A stretch of 64,000 bases of DNA, from contig NC_068982.1 in assembly GCF_001194135.2 (NCBI RefSeq), forward strand, positions 174,597,727 through 174,661,726, written 5' to 3'. Position 1 is the stretch's first letter. The number at the start of each line of letters is the position of its first letter. The position numbers and the translations under genes were made by a program. The stretch is from Octopus bimaculoides (taxonomy: Eukaryota). Below are positions 20,316 through 32,240 of this stretch, piece after piece. The notes under the pieces were generated by a model. It was given only the letters and a program-made list of their open reading frames with translations, searched no databases and had not been told where the DNA came from.

Positions 20316-23300
20316 CTGGAATACATTAAAAATGAATATCTACATCAATATTTTGATTCTTGCTGAATTCTGTGCGCATAGTAATTTAATATTGTAGTTC
20401 TTAAAGAAAAAATATCTTAGCAGATTTTGACTCAAAAAATGAAGAAAAAATGAACCCAATGCATGATAAAGTAGAGTGAATATTTATTATCATCATCATC
20501 ATTTCACAATTGCTTTCTTTTCTTTGCTCAAGTTGGGCAGGTCACTGAGTCAATTCGCATCCAAGACCACTGCCTGCCAAGATGACTCAGAGGGTTGCAG
20601 CTTGTTTGTATGTTTTATTTTTGGGTTTTGATTTCTTTGGTTGGATACTCTTTCTAGCAGCAACCGTTTTACAGGGTATGATAGGTGCTTTCTACCCCAT
20701 GAGACCTCTCTTCATTACAGACTCTCACTAATCTGTCGTATGTCCATCTGCTCAAAACATCGGGACCAAGAAGTTGATTGGTAGATAAAGTGATGACATA
20801 AATATACTACAAACACACACACATACATACACACGTATGTATGTATATGTACATATGTATGCAGAGTGAGAGAAAGAGAGACCATTATTTAAATTGAAAT
20901 GAAATACATGTATTTAAGCTATTTCTTGTTTGTAAATGAACCAGCTTATGGCTATCATTTAAAATTCTATTAATTAAAATTGTAATATAATATTAGTTCA
21001 TACCACTATTAGCTAAAGAAATTTAGCTACATTTTTTTAATATCTTATATTTATGAGAATTTTTAACAAATTGAAACCCTGTATCATTATCAAGTAGTTA
21101 TCCTATTCTATTATTTTTCCTATCTTAATTGCTTTTACTGATATGAAAGTTAATTTTGTGTTTCCGTAATAAAAATAACCTATTTCTATGAGGAAATGAT
21201 TTTCTAAAATATGTTATAAAAGATATTATCCATTTAAGATAGCACTATTTTAATTTCAAGAAATCTTTTAAATATCATTTTACACAATATTACTATTGCA
21301 TTTGTTGATAATTCTTATATAGTAGCTACAGTTCTTCTACATTTAGTATTTTTGCACACACATACATACATATATACATGATACATGTGTGTACAAACAC
21401 ATGCAAACATACATATGTACATACGCACACATACACACACACATGAGAAGGCTTGTCCACCTCTACAAGCATGCTGAAACTAATGTTAAAAGGGTGGTAG
21501 CTGTGCAAACACGGTGTAATCACTGGTAAAATGATGGTAGTAGTGAAGGCTATGGGGTATAGTATATCTACCTGTGGGCGCTTCACCACCATCTGTTGGT
21601 ACTTGTTTATATGATGCCCTTTCTCTATCTTTCACTTCTCTATCACTCGCACTTCCCTCTCCCTCTCACCCAGACACTGTACCATGCTGCCTATGTGACT
21701 TGTGGGGAGGGCAGTGGGCCACTCCTGTCCATCATTATGCCAGCTGTGTAACTAGGGATAGCATTGGGTCTGTCTGACCATCTCATCTCCCTGATGCTCA
21801 TCGTCCTTTCTATCCCTTAACCATGCAAGAGATGTTGTTGGACGTGACTGTATTCAATTCCCTGCTACAACCACCCTTATCGATCAATCTCTCTCTCTCT
21901 CACATAGGCAAACATGTAGTTGCCATCACTGTCTTTCTTCCATTACCCCCTGCCATTACTGTGTAACACACCCATGGAATAAAAGGTGAGAAGAGAGGAT
22001 ATAAGGAGAGAGATGGAATGATGGAGATAGAGAAGAATCGTATGAGAGAGAGTGGTAGGTCTTTTCGCAGTTGGAAAAAGAGAGGGGATGTCATTATATG
22101 ATAGGGATGAGCGAAGGAAAAAGAAGCAAGGACTTATGGTTAAAGATCAAATGAAGATTGAATGAAATGGGAAGAGTTGCCAGAGAAGTATATCCTGATA
22201 TGCAATGCAGAAACTGGAGGAGGAGGATTGGGAGCTGGGAGAACCACGAAATAAAGTGTGATCATTGGTTGCTAATAGGATGAAAATTTCATTTTATAAC
22301 ATTGGTCAAAGCCACCCTAAATAAGACAGAGTATTCATTTGAGATCTGGGTGACAAGCTGAAATGCAGAACTTCCATTGAATGGTTTAAAAAAAGTATTT
22401 CTCTATTTTTACTTGCCTTCATACCTCTAATTCTTTTTCTCTCTCATGTTTTTTGTCTTTTTTTCCCTTTCTTACTTTTCACCTCACTCTGTTTTCTGAG
22501 CTGAGACTATTATCAATCTCTAAAACTGTATTTCATCTTATACATTACCTCTGAAAACATATGTAATTATAATTCAATAGGTCAAGTATCAATAGACATG
22601 AATCATTTTGAGAGTTCTTCACAAGTAATCCACCTTTCATCAAATTTAAAGTTAAGTTTAGAAATATACATGTACTTGCATAGCAAGTGTTTTGATCTGA
22701 GATTGTGTGATGAAATCACATTAAAAATATAATATTTATATATTTATATTTTTGTTTTTGAGAATGCTCATCACACAAAGTAGGGGCTACTTCCATTCTG
22801 CTATCATTGAGTGATTCTGGTGTAAAAATCAGCCTAGTCTGATGAATTCTTGTGCCTTTGGTGATTCTGAAATTAATAGTAACATGAGCTGTGTTCTATA
22901 TATCTTCACTTTCTCTTTTTAATTCAGAGTAAATTTTGACTGGCCACTGACTTCGTAGCAATGCTGTGAAGGAAAGTATCCTGATTTAACCACCATCCTT
23001 TGAATCTCAAGAAGGTCTTGCAGATTTTTATGGTCCCATATATTGTGATCATTTGATTTGCAGTGTATGAAGTAAGAATTTGCATTCTCTCCCCAATATT
23101 CCAAGTTCAGCCATAGGTTGCTCCAGATGGATTAGTATATAACTTGTTACTCCAATGATAATGGATTTGAAGCTAAAAGTGTATCTTGGGTACTGGATTT
23201 CCAAACTCCTCATGTGGCCATGCTGGGGCACCATCTTGAAGGGTTTTAGTCAAACAAATCAACCCCAGTACTCATCTTTTTAAAGTCTGGTACTTATTCT

Positions 23301-23957
23301 ATTGGTCCATAGATATCCTCTTTCTATTGACATGTATGTATGTATGTATTTATTATGCATTTATATCTATGCATGTGTGTATATAGTATAATTACGTAGA
23401 TATGTATGAATAGGATATAACAGTATGTATATTATGTATGCATGTGTGTGTGTTAGGGGTTAAGATTATTATCTTAAAGCAAGTTTAAGAATAACAACAG
23501 AATGTTTACTGATAGAGATGTTTGAAAGTGAAAGTAGAGACAAATTTATAAAATTTGTTTTGACTGAGACTAAAAGATTTTGCCTGATAGTTTATTCAAC
23601 CAATGTGCTTACATAAGCCATTGGGCAAAATTTGATGTCTCAGTTAAAACAAACAAATTTTATAACGTGTGTGTGTGTCGTCTGTCTGTATGTATGTTAG
23701 TTTCTATATTAGGGTGAACCAGTAGTCTGTTATTCTGGAGTTTCCTTGTTGTACTGCCAGTTCTTTAGACAGAAAGACTGGACTAGGAACTGACAACACT
23801 GGAGTAACTCCAGAGTAACCAGGCCATGGATCAGCCTAAATAAAATAAAACACTCTGTTATAACATCAAATACTTCTCCCTTTTGTCAAAACCAATACAT
23901 ACATATATACATATGTATGTATACAAAAAAAGATATACATATATGTATACATACATT

Positions 23958-24187
23958 CTTTTATTCTTTTACTTGTTTCAGTCATTTGACTGCGGCCATG
24001 CTGGAGCACCGCCTTTAGTTGAACAAATCGGCCTCAGGACTTATTTTTTGTAAACCTAGTACTTACTTTATTGGTCTCTTTTACCAAACCACTAAGTTAC
24101 GGGGATGTAAACACAAACACATCAACATCAGTTGTCAAGAGACAGTGAGGGGACAAACACAGACATATATATATCATCATCATCATC

Positions 24188-24237
<50 letters not shown>

Positions 24238-24770
24238 GATGGGCTTCTTTCAGTTTCCATCTACCAAATCCACTCACAAGGCTTTGGTCGGCCCCAGGCT
24301 ATAGCAGAAGACACTTGTCCAAGGTGCCACACTGTGAGACTGAACCCAGAATTATGTGGTTAGGAAGCAAGCTTCTTACTACACAGCCACTCCTTCCTTT
24401 TTTACTTGTTTCAGTCATTGGACTGTGGCCATACTGGGGCACCACCTTGAAGGGTTTTAGTCAAACGAATCGGCCCTAGTACTTATCTATTTAAAGTCTA
24501 GTACTTATTCTATCGATCCGTTTTGCCGAACCGCTAAGTTACGGGGACGTACACAAACTAACACCGGCTGTCAGTCGGTGATGGGGAAACGCGCACACAC
24601 ATACACACACACACAGAGGCTCCTTTCAGTCTCCGCCTACCAGATCCACTCACAAGGCTTTGATCGGCTCGCAGCTATACTAGAAGATATTTGCCCAAAG
24701 GTACCATGCAGTGGTACTGAATCCGAAATCAGGTTGTTGGAAAGTAAACTTCGACTACATAGCCACGCCT
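23958..24770 (-). mobile_element. Two head-to-tail SINE A copies (23958-24392 and 24396-24770)
   Basis: Both have 3' end, central microsatellite and tRNA-like head; the second is a CpG-rich variant. Confidence 0.85.
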
Positions 24771-24779
24771 GCGTCTTTA

Positions 24780-25439
24780 TATGTAGATGCGGACGTGTAT
24801 ACACATACCAATATAGCTTTACTAAGAATTTCTGTTATTATCATTATTACTTCTCTTCTCTGTGTGGAAATTACTGGGATATCGATATCACTGGTCGGTA
24901 CATTTCTTGTCCTTGTTCGCTTTCTGTTTGTTACTCATACTTTTTCTTCCTGTGTTTTTTTTTTTCTCCGATCTTTCATACCGATTATGTTGTTTAATGT
25001 TATCGTATCTGTCCACATTGCTGTACACTGTACACACACGACTACAATAACGAACACCACCCACTAAGGCAATAACTGCCGGCCGGTTGTTTTCGCCCCC
25101 ACTCTTTTCATTCCTGCTTGTAACGTTTTACCTGTCACACACACACACACACACAGATAGATAGCTAGATAGATATTACTACAAGCTGTCAGCTTGTAGT
25201 AATAATTACTAACTATTGAAAGAAGTATGTATATGTTATGTGGGCAAAATAATTTTAAATAATGGCAATATCTTATTTTGAATTGTTGATAAATAACATA
25301 AAACATATGTCTCAGTGTGTATATTATATATATAAGGTGGGGATCAACATATGTTTTATAAGTATTTTAGATTGCGAAAATTTATAAAATGGTTTTAGAC
25401 GTGTGTATATAGCATTTAGATGTTCGTGTTTTTGTTTTA

Positions 25440-25473
<34 letters not shown>

Positions 25474-28400
25474 NNNNNNNNNNNNNNNNNNNNNNNNNNN
25501 NNNNNNNNNNNNNNNNNNNNNNNNNNNNNNNNNNNNNNNNNNNNNNNNNNNNNNNNNNNNNNNNNNNNNNNNNNNNNNNNNNNNNNNNNNNNNNNNNNNN
25601 NNNNNNNNNNNNNNNNNNNNNNNNNNNNNNNNNNNNNNNNNNNNNNNNNNNNNNNNNNNNNNNNNNNNNNNNNNNNNNNNNNNNNNNNNNNNNNNNNNNN
25701 NNNNNNNNNNNNNNNNNNNNNNNNNNNNNNNNNNNNNNNNNNNNNNNNNNNNNNNNNNNNNNNNNNNNNNNNNNNNNNNNNNNNNNNNNNNNNNNNNNNN
25801 NNNNNNNNNNNNNNNNNNNNNNNNNNNNNNNNNNNNNNNNNNNNNNNNNNNNNNNNNNNNNNNNNNNNNNNNNNNNNNNNNNNNNNNNNNNNNNNNNNNN
25901 NNNNNNNNNNNNNNNNNNNNNNNNNNNNNNNNNNNNNNNNNNTATATATATATATATATATATGAACAAGTCTCCACGCTCTTAATAATTATAGCTTATA
26001 TATAATTGATCACCAAAGCCAAGCCTTGTTATTTTACCTGTAAAAAATTTATATACACACAATTTATTGTCATAGGCTTAAATATAAAAAAGTATATAAG
26101 ACCGATAGTACGATTTATAAGTACACACCTTTCCCCCCACCTAGTTTAAAATATTTACGTATGAGCATTCAAAACTTTCTGTCACCATTGTGAAACTAAA
26201 AACACAAGTTCTCTCTCTCTCTCCTACAGATGAATAAATGCCTGTGATAACAAAATTGACACACCTACAAAAAGCCGACTGAACTCTTCTGTGTTTGCTT
26301 CTCATGCTCTCTTCCTCTTTCATTCGTTTACGTAGTCAACCTTTCTTTCTCCATTATATTTTTACCTCCCCTTCTCTTAATTTCTCTACCTCTCTTTCAC
26401 TCCCCCTCTCTCAGTGTTATCACTAGTTCTATTACTGCTGTCAGACGCACCTATTACACTGTTTACTAGTAGTATTAGTATTACTACTACTACTACAATT
26501 ACTGCTACCCCCCACTACCACCACCACCACCACATACTATCATTCTTATTGCTGCTGCTACTACTTCTGATCCCTCCCTCTGTCTCTGTGTTATAATTTC
26601 TCTTCCCTCTCCTCCAACCTCCGTTTTACAGTATTTTCTTTTTTTTTCCAGGCAGGTCGGACGTATAATAAACCGTGAGCGTATAAAATATATTATACAT
26701 GGACATATATAGTATATTTATGTAAGATATATGCAACGACGTCAAACATAACAAGAAAGCATTTTAAAAATAAGTGTTTAAAAACAAAGAAAAATAAATC
26801 CAAAATACAAAAAATTTAAGCCTGGAAGATTAAAATGTGGAAATTACGTGAAATAACCGACAAAGTGTAAGTAGTATTGCTTTTCTTTTCCTTCGAAGGA
26901 TCTTTTATATATACACGCCAACATACATAATACTGACAAACGTATATACTCTCACACACCCCTTGTTCGATATGCTTTCCTTGCTAAGTAAATCAATTTA
27001 TGTACACACCCATATATATATATATATATATAAAGCCTTTGATTTTTATATGGGAAGTGGGTAATGATTGATTGTGTTCATGTTATTCCTAAAAGATGTG
27101 TCCATACGTCTGTATATTATGTATGAATATATATATAGGTCTACATATAAGTACATTTTCTCGCACATACATGAAGAGTATATTGGTGATGTTGACCTAA
27201 GTTTAGATGAATCGACTTAGAAGAGACAGGGTTTTTAAAAAATTGTTATTATTGCTATCACTATTAACTGTCGGCAAATATCGTCACCACTGACATCAGT
27301 TGGACTCCAGTCATGTTTTTTTCACATCTTGACATTCTTTCAGTCCTTCCTTCATGTCCAAACATCTATCTCTCTTGCTTCAGGATTTCTGCGTACTACG
27401 TGGATCGTCGCAGCACACGGAGACATACACACAAATCACTGTACATGCATATCTGTGTGTGTGTCTTTCCATTTTCTATACACGTAGGAATGGCAAAGTT
27501 ATCCGAATAGGCTTTTTTTTTATGATAGCAAAGTGTGTGTAGGTTTGGAAATGGACGAGAGACGAAATAGGCTTTAAGAGTTCTGTTTAAAACTGTCTTA
27601 ATAATTAACATTTCACACACATATTGTTAACAGATTATTATTATTATTATTATTATATATACAATGTTCCCTGTCTAAAGCAACAGGCAATTATAGACAG
27701 ACGACGAAGACTTGAGAAACTCGGTGATCGATGTGGCTTTATTAATCAATGGCATTTACTGTTGATATATACACACACACACACATATACATATATGTGT
27801 GTGTTTGTAATTGTGTGAGCAGGTTGACTATTTAGTTTTCGTTGAACATTATTTATTATCAAGCACTACTGATCTCTGGAAGGAGGAAAATTTGCTTGCG
27901 CATATATTTTGCGTGTGTATTTATAATTTTTTTTTTTATAATTAATCTTGACTTGAGAATGTGTGTGTGTGCGTTTTGAGATTCTTAAGATATTAATAAT
28001 AGGTATTTAGCCCGTCCTTCACTGCTTTATGTAAAACTATTTTGCGGCGGTTGCGAGTAGTGGTTTCTAGTTGTAGGCCCACCTGAGTTATCAACACACT
28101 AGTGGAGAAATCCTCATTGAGGCTATCGTTCCTTTTTGGGTACCATTATTTGGTGATGGTCTTATATGTGTCTATTTCTAAGTAGATAGGCTGTTACATA
28201 AGCGCGAAAACTCAGTTGTCTTAGCCGGTGTATGGGAATTTATAACTTGAGTTCTCTTGTCAAGGCAAACAGCTTGGTCCATGAAATTGTCCTTATGTGG
28301 ATTGTCCTACCTACTAGCAGTAACGTCCAAATCTCCTTTTAGATCTTGCTATTGTTTTAAATAAGAGCATTTTAGAAAAAATGTAATTCCTTACGTTATA

Positions 28401-28800
28401 AAAAAGGAGACTGCCACGGCTAGAACGCCTTTGATCATAGGTCTGCTCACACAGCGTTAACCTTCGCTTAATAGAACAACAATAGAAACCGACTATGCAA
28501 ATGGCAGAAGGGGGATTGACTTCGACACGTGTAACTCTTGCATCGACGATGAGTGCATTTCCTGATACAAAATTTTTCGAGTTGTGAACTAGATCTAAGC
28601 GGCATGGCTGTGGGTTGACGACCTAACGACACCAGAGAGAGAGAGAGAGAGAGAGAGGGAGGGAGGGGGAGGGAGAGAGCTCTGACTGTCTTTGCCGCTG
28701 GATCACCTGGTGATGTGTGGAGTGGTATGGGGTAGTCAAACAATTATTCCATACGTCAAAGTACACCTTTCTTATCACTTTATGACACAAAGTGGGAGGA
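24780..28800. promoter_or_regulatory. Broad CpG-retaining region, putative promoter or 5' UTR exons
   Basis: CpG frequent versus near-absent in flanks; (CT)n/(GA)n tracts; splice-like signals TTTTTTTCCAG|26652-26674|GTGAGC and TCTCTTGCTTCAG| near 27383 on +; contains a 468-N gap (25474-25941). Confidence 0.4.
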
Positions 28801-29213
28801 GATAATGTCGTCAGTGCATAGCTATACTCCAAACTTTACACCATACTATTATCATTTAGTTCAAACCCCTGTAGAAGTTTATCTCCTATTTTGTCTTTAG
28901 TATATTTTTTTTAGACATTTCTTAAAATGAAGTAATCGTTATATACTAGGATCTGTAGTAAGATTCAAGCTCTCCATTCCACTGTATGTCACTCCATCGT
29001 GTCTACCAGTCCTCTTCATTTCATGATATCCACTTTGCTATTGGAAATTTTCTCTATTCTTCAGTCTTTTTTTTTTTTTCACCTCTAAGTCATAACAAAC
29101 TGCACTTCTTGTTTGCTGCATCTTTATATTGTGGCTTCTACTCCCACATTCTCATTGATAAGAATGTGGTACTAATAAATTAAAAGATCCATTCTTCATT
29201 GCTGCAACAGTGC

Positions 29214-29240
<27 letters not shown>

Positions 29241-29245
<5 letters not shown>

Positions 29246-29453
29246 TCTACTATAGACACAAGGCCTGAAATTTTGTGGGAGGGGGCCCGTCGATTTGATC
29301 GATCCCAGTATGCAACTGGTACTTAATTTATCGACCTCGAATGGATGAAAGGTAAAGTTGGCCTCGGCGGAATTTGAACTTAGAACGTAGTGCTGGGCGA
29401 AATACCACTAAGCACTTCGTCCAGTGTGCTAACATTTTTGCCAGCTCGCCACC

Positions 29454-29455
<2 letters not shown>
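29241..29455 (-). mobile_element. tRNA-derived SINE family C (CORE-like central domain), full length
   Basis: Minus strand GGTGGCGAGCTGGCA...GTTCTAAGTTCAAATTCCGCCGAGG...CCTTTCATCCATTCGAGGTCGATAAATTAAGTACCAG, with (ATT)n tail. Confidence 0.8.
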
Positions 29456-29484
<29 letters not shown>

Positions 29485-29485
<1 letters not shown>

Positions 29486-30150
29486 TCTTTCTAATTTTGG
29501 CACAAGGTCAGCAGTTTTGAGGGGATGGAGCAAGTTGATTACATTGACCCTAGAACTTGGAGAAATGCCACTAAGCATTTTGTCCAGTGCATTAACAATT
29601 CTGCCAGCTTACACATTTTTATATTGATGTAATCCAAGTACATGCCCAGTGCTTTATAGAGACTGAAAAGTAATGTTGAAACTTGGTGGATTTTTACTCA
29701 GAATGTAACAGGATGGAATTAAATACCACAAGACAGCTAGCCTGCTAATATACTGTCTTTTTCACTCCAATATTCTCAAGTATTAGTAATAACTGTAAGG
29801 ATTTCTAAAATCAGTGCAAGATCAGAGATATTAGATGAGGGTATAGTTGATATCTATCCATCTCAATACTTGTTGGTTCTTATTTATTATGGATCCTGGG
29901 AGGCTGAAAGGTGAAGTTGACCTGATAAGATTTGAACTGATAGTGTTAAGGAATGTAAATAAATACTGATTGGTATAAACCCATGCATTTTGGGGAAGGA
30001 AAGTTGATTTAATTGCCCCTCCTTTCCCACTGTACTTGATTAGTGCATTAATTTATCAGCCAAGGAAGGAAGAAAGCCAATGTTATCTTGGTGCAGTTTG
30101 AAATTGGTACTTAAAGGGGTATAGTAAAATACCTTAGGCAGTTTTGTATA
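29485..30150 (-). mobile_element. Three to four decayed SINE C fragments in tandem
   Basis: Repeated CACAAG...GTTGAT...GAAAGGTGAAGTTGACC...ATTTGAACT motifs; other decayed copies at about 37060-37250, 37930-38130, 50860-51040 (+) and 63170-63300. Confidence 0.55.
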
Positions 30151-30921
30151 ACGTTCTTCCTACTATGTTCACTTTTCTTACTAATGACGATAGTAATGAT
30201 TTCTGACATAAGTATGGCTTTCGTTATAGGTTTACTCAATTGCGATCAAATAACAACAAATAGGTGCTATATTCCCTGAGAATGCCACACGAAATAAACC
30301 AATATCCCAGTGAGGTTAAGAATTCCCTCTCATCTCCTTCATACTATGAGACCAGTCCTTAGTAGCACCAACTCCGAAAACCTTTTGAGATATAGGTTAA
30401 TGAAGAAACCATCACATCAGTAGCTGACCTGCTAGAAATCTTTCTTTATTAGCAACTTATCTGCTTTAAAAAATCAAGGTTATATTTTTCTCTAGTTCAA
30501 GCATGTTTCTGTGGAAGATTTTAAACAAACTACACTGTATTATAGTGATGTTGGTTTGGAGAAGTCAGGCACTCATCTCTTCAGCAAGACACTTGTTTTT
30601 TTCCTTTTGTCATACATTAATATCCCTTAATGCTATACCCCAACTCAGTTGAGGAGTCTTGTCTTGCTGGTACTTGGTGACCATACCAGTACTGGTGCCA
30701 CAGAAAAAAGCACCTAGTACACTCCATGAAGTGACTGGCATTAGGAGGGCATCTAGCCATAAAACCATGCCGAAGAAGACATTGGAGCTTGGCACAGCCC
30801 TCTGGCTAATCAGTTCATTTCAGACCATCCAACGCATCCCAGTATGAAGAAGGAGACATTAAATGATGATGATTTATATATTTAATCCAAAACTATGAGT
30901 CCAACATACATACATATACAT

Positions 30922-31330
30922 ATAGGCGCAGAAGTGGCTGTGTGGTAAGAAGCTTACTTCCTAACCACATGATTCTGGGTTCAGTCCCACTGTGTTGCAC
31001 CTTGGGCATGTGTCTTCTGCTATAGCCTCAGGCCAACCAAAGCCTTGTGAGTGGATATGGTAGATGGAAACTGAAAGAAGCCCATCATATATATATATAT
31101 ATATATATAGTATGTATTTATTTGTGTGTCTGTGTTTGTCCTTCCACCATTGCTTGACAACTGATGTTGGTGTGTTTATGTCCCTTTAACTTAGTAGTTT
31201 GGCAAAAGAGACCGATAGAATAAGTACTAGGTTTACAAAGAATAAGTCTTGGGGTTGATTTATTTGATTAAAGGCGGTGCTCCAGCATGGGCGCGGTCAG
31301 ATGGCTGAAACAAGTAAAAGAATAAAAGAA
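30922..31330 (+). mobile_element. SINE A, full length
   Basis: TAGGCGCAGAAGTGGCTGTGTGGTAAG...AAGGCGGTGCTCCAGCATGG...GAAACAAGTAAAAGAATAAAAGAA. Confidence 0.9.
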
Positions 31331-31717
31331 CACACACACACTCAATAATTGTTTGTATATATATATAAGTATATATATGTATATACACAGCCACCCACAT
31401 ATATGTAATACCCAGTGCACACAGTGAAGTGGATAATGAACAATTGGAGAAAAACATAAGGTTGTGCAATCCTTTTATTCTCTTCTCACCTAGGATTTAT
31501 TGACTTCTCTAGTACTGATGCCAAGAAAAAATGCACATAGTAAATGCTGTAAAGTGATTGGCAATAGTAAGGGCAGCCACCATACAATACTAGTCAAAAT
31601 GACATGTTCAAGCTCTAGTATTTGAGAGCAGTACCTCCTAATAAGAAAGGACCTAGATCATGAAAACCCATGCCAGCATGGAAAACAGGCATAGAATAAT
31701 TATATATATATATATAA

Positions 31718-31752
<35 letters not shown>

Positions 31753-31772
31753 GTTAATAGCTAGCTAGCTAG

Positions 31773-31804
<32 letters not shown>

Positions 31805-31814
31805 CAAGGAAAAG

Positions 31815-32240
31815 ACAGAGATATGGTAATAGTTCTTTGAACTTTCTCCATCCTGTTCTTTTTCTAGCTATTGTGCTTTTGGATCACCTATTTTTTCTAT
31901 TAATTAGGTCACATAGGTAACTGGAGTTGTCAACTAACACTTGAGAGAATCAATTTCCTGTATGCTGTTAGTGTTTATAGCCCTTGTGCATCTATTGCAT
32001 TCAAAAATCTGTTTCTTCTGTTAGCCTGCCTGTGATTCCACTGCACCTCCTGTGTGTCCATATTTGAACTGGGTTCACTATATGGAATTCCTGCTTAGGA
32101 GAGGACCATCCAGATATTTGAAGCAATTAATTTCATTGCCAACCTTATTAATGACAACTCCTGAACATCTACTACACATGATGTCATTCTCTATCAGCCT
32201 GGGCATAGTTTACATTGGATACACAGTACCGAATTCCTAC
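31815..32240 (-). mobile_element. Two further RTE ORF2 fragments (Cys-rich region)
   Basis: WTHRRCSGITGRLTEE..ECNRCTRAIN...GWRKFKELLP (31815-32105) and a third CIQCKL...CSRCSG copy (32105-32250). Confidence 0.65.

Noticed and set aside
22928-23071. 144-nt segment with a strong + acceptor and donor
   Set aside because: Stops in all three frames; could only be a non-coding exon, and there is no support for that
28501-28590. ATG GCA GAA GGG GGA (MAEGG) start in a CpG island
   Set aside because: Stops after 28 codons with no good donor
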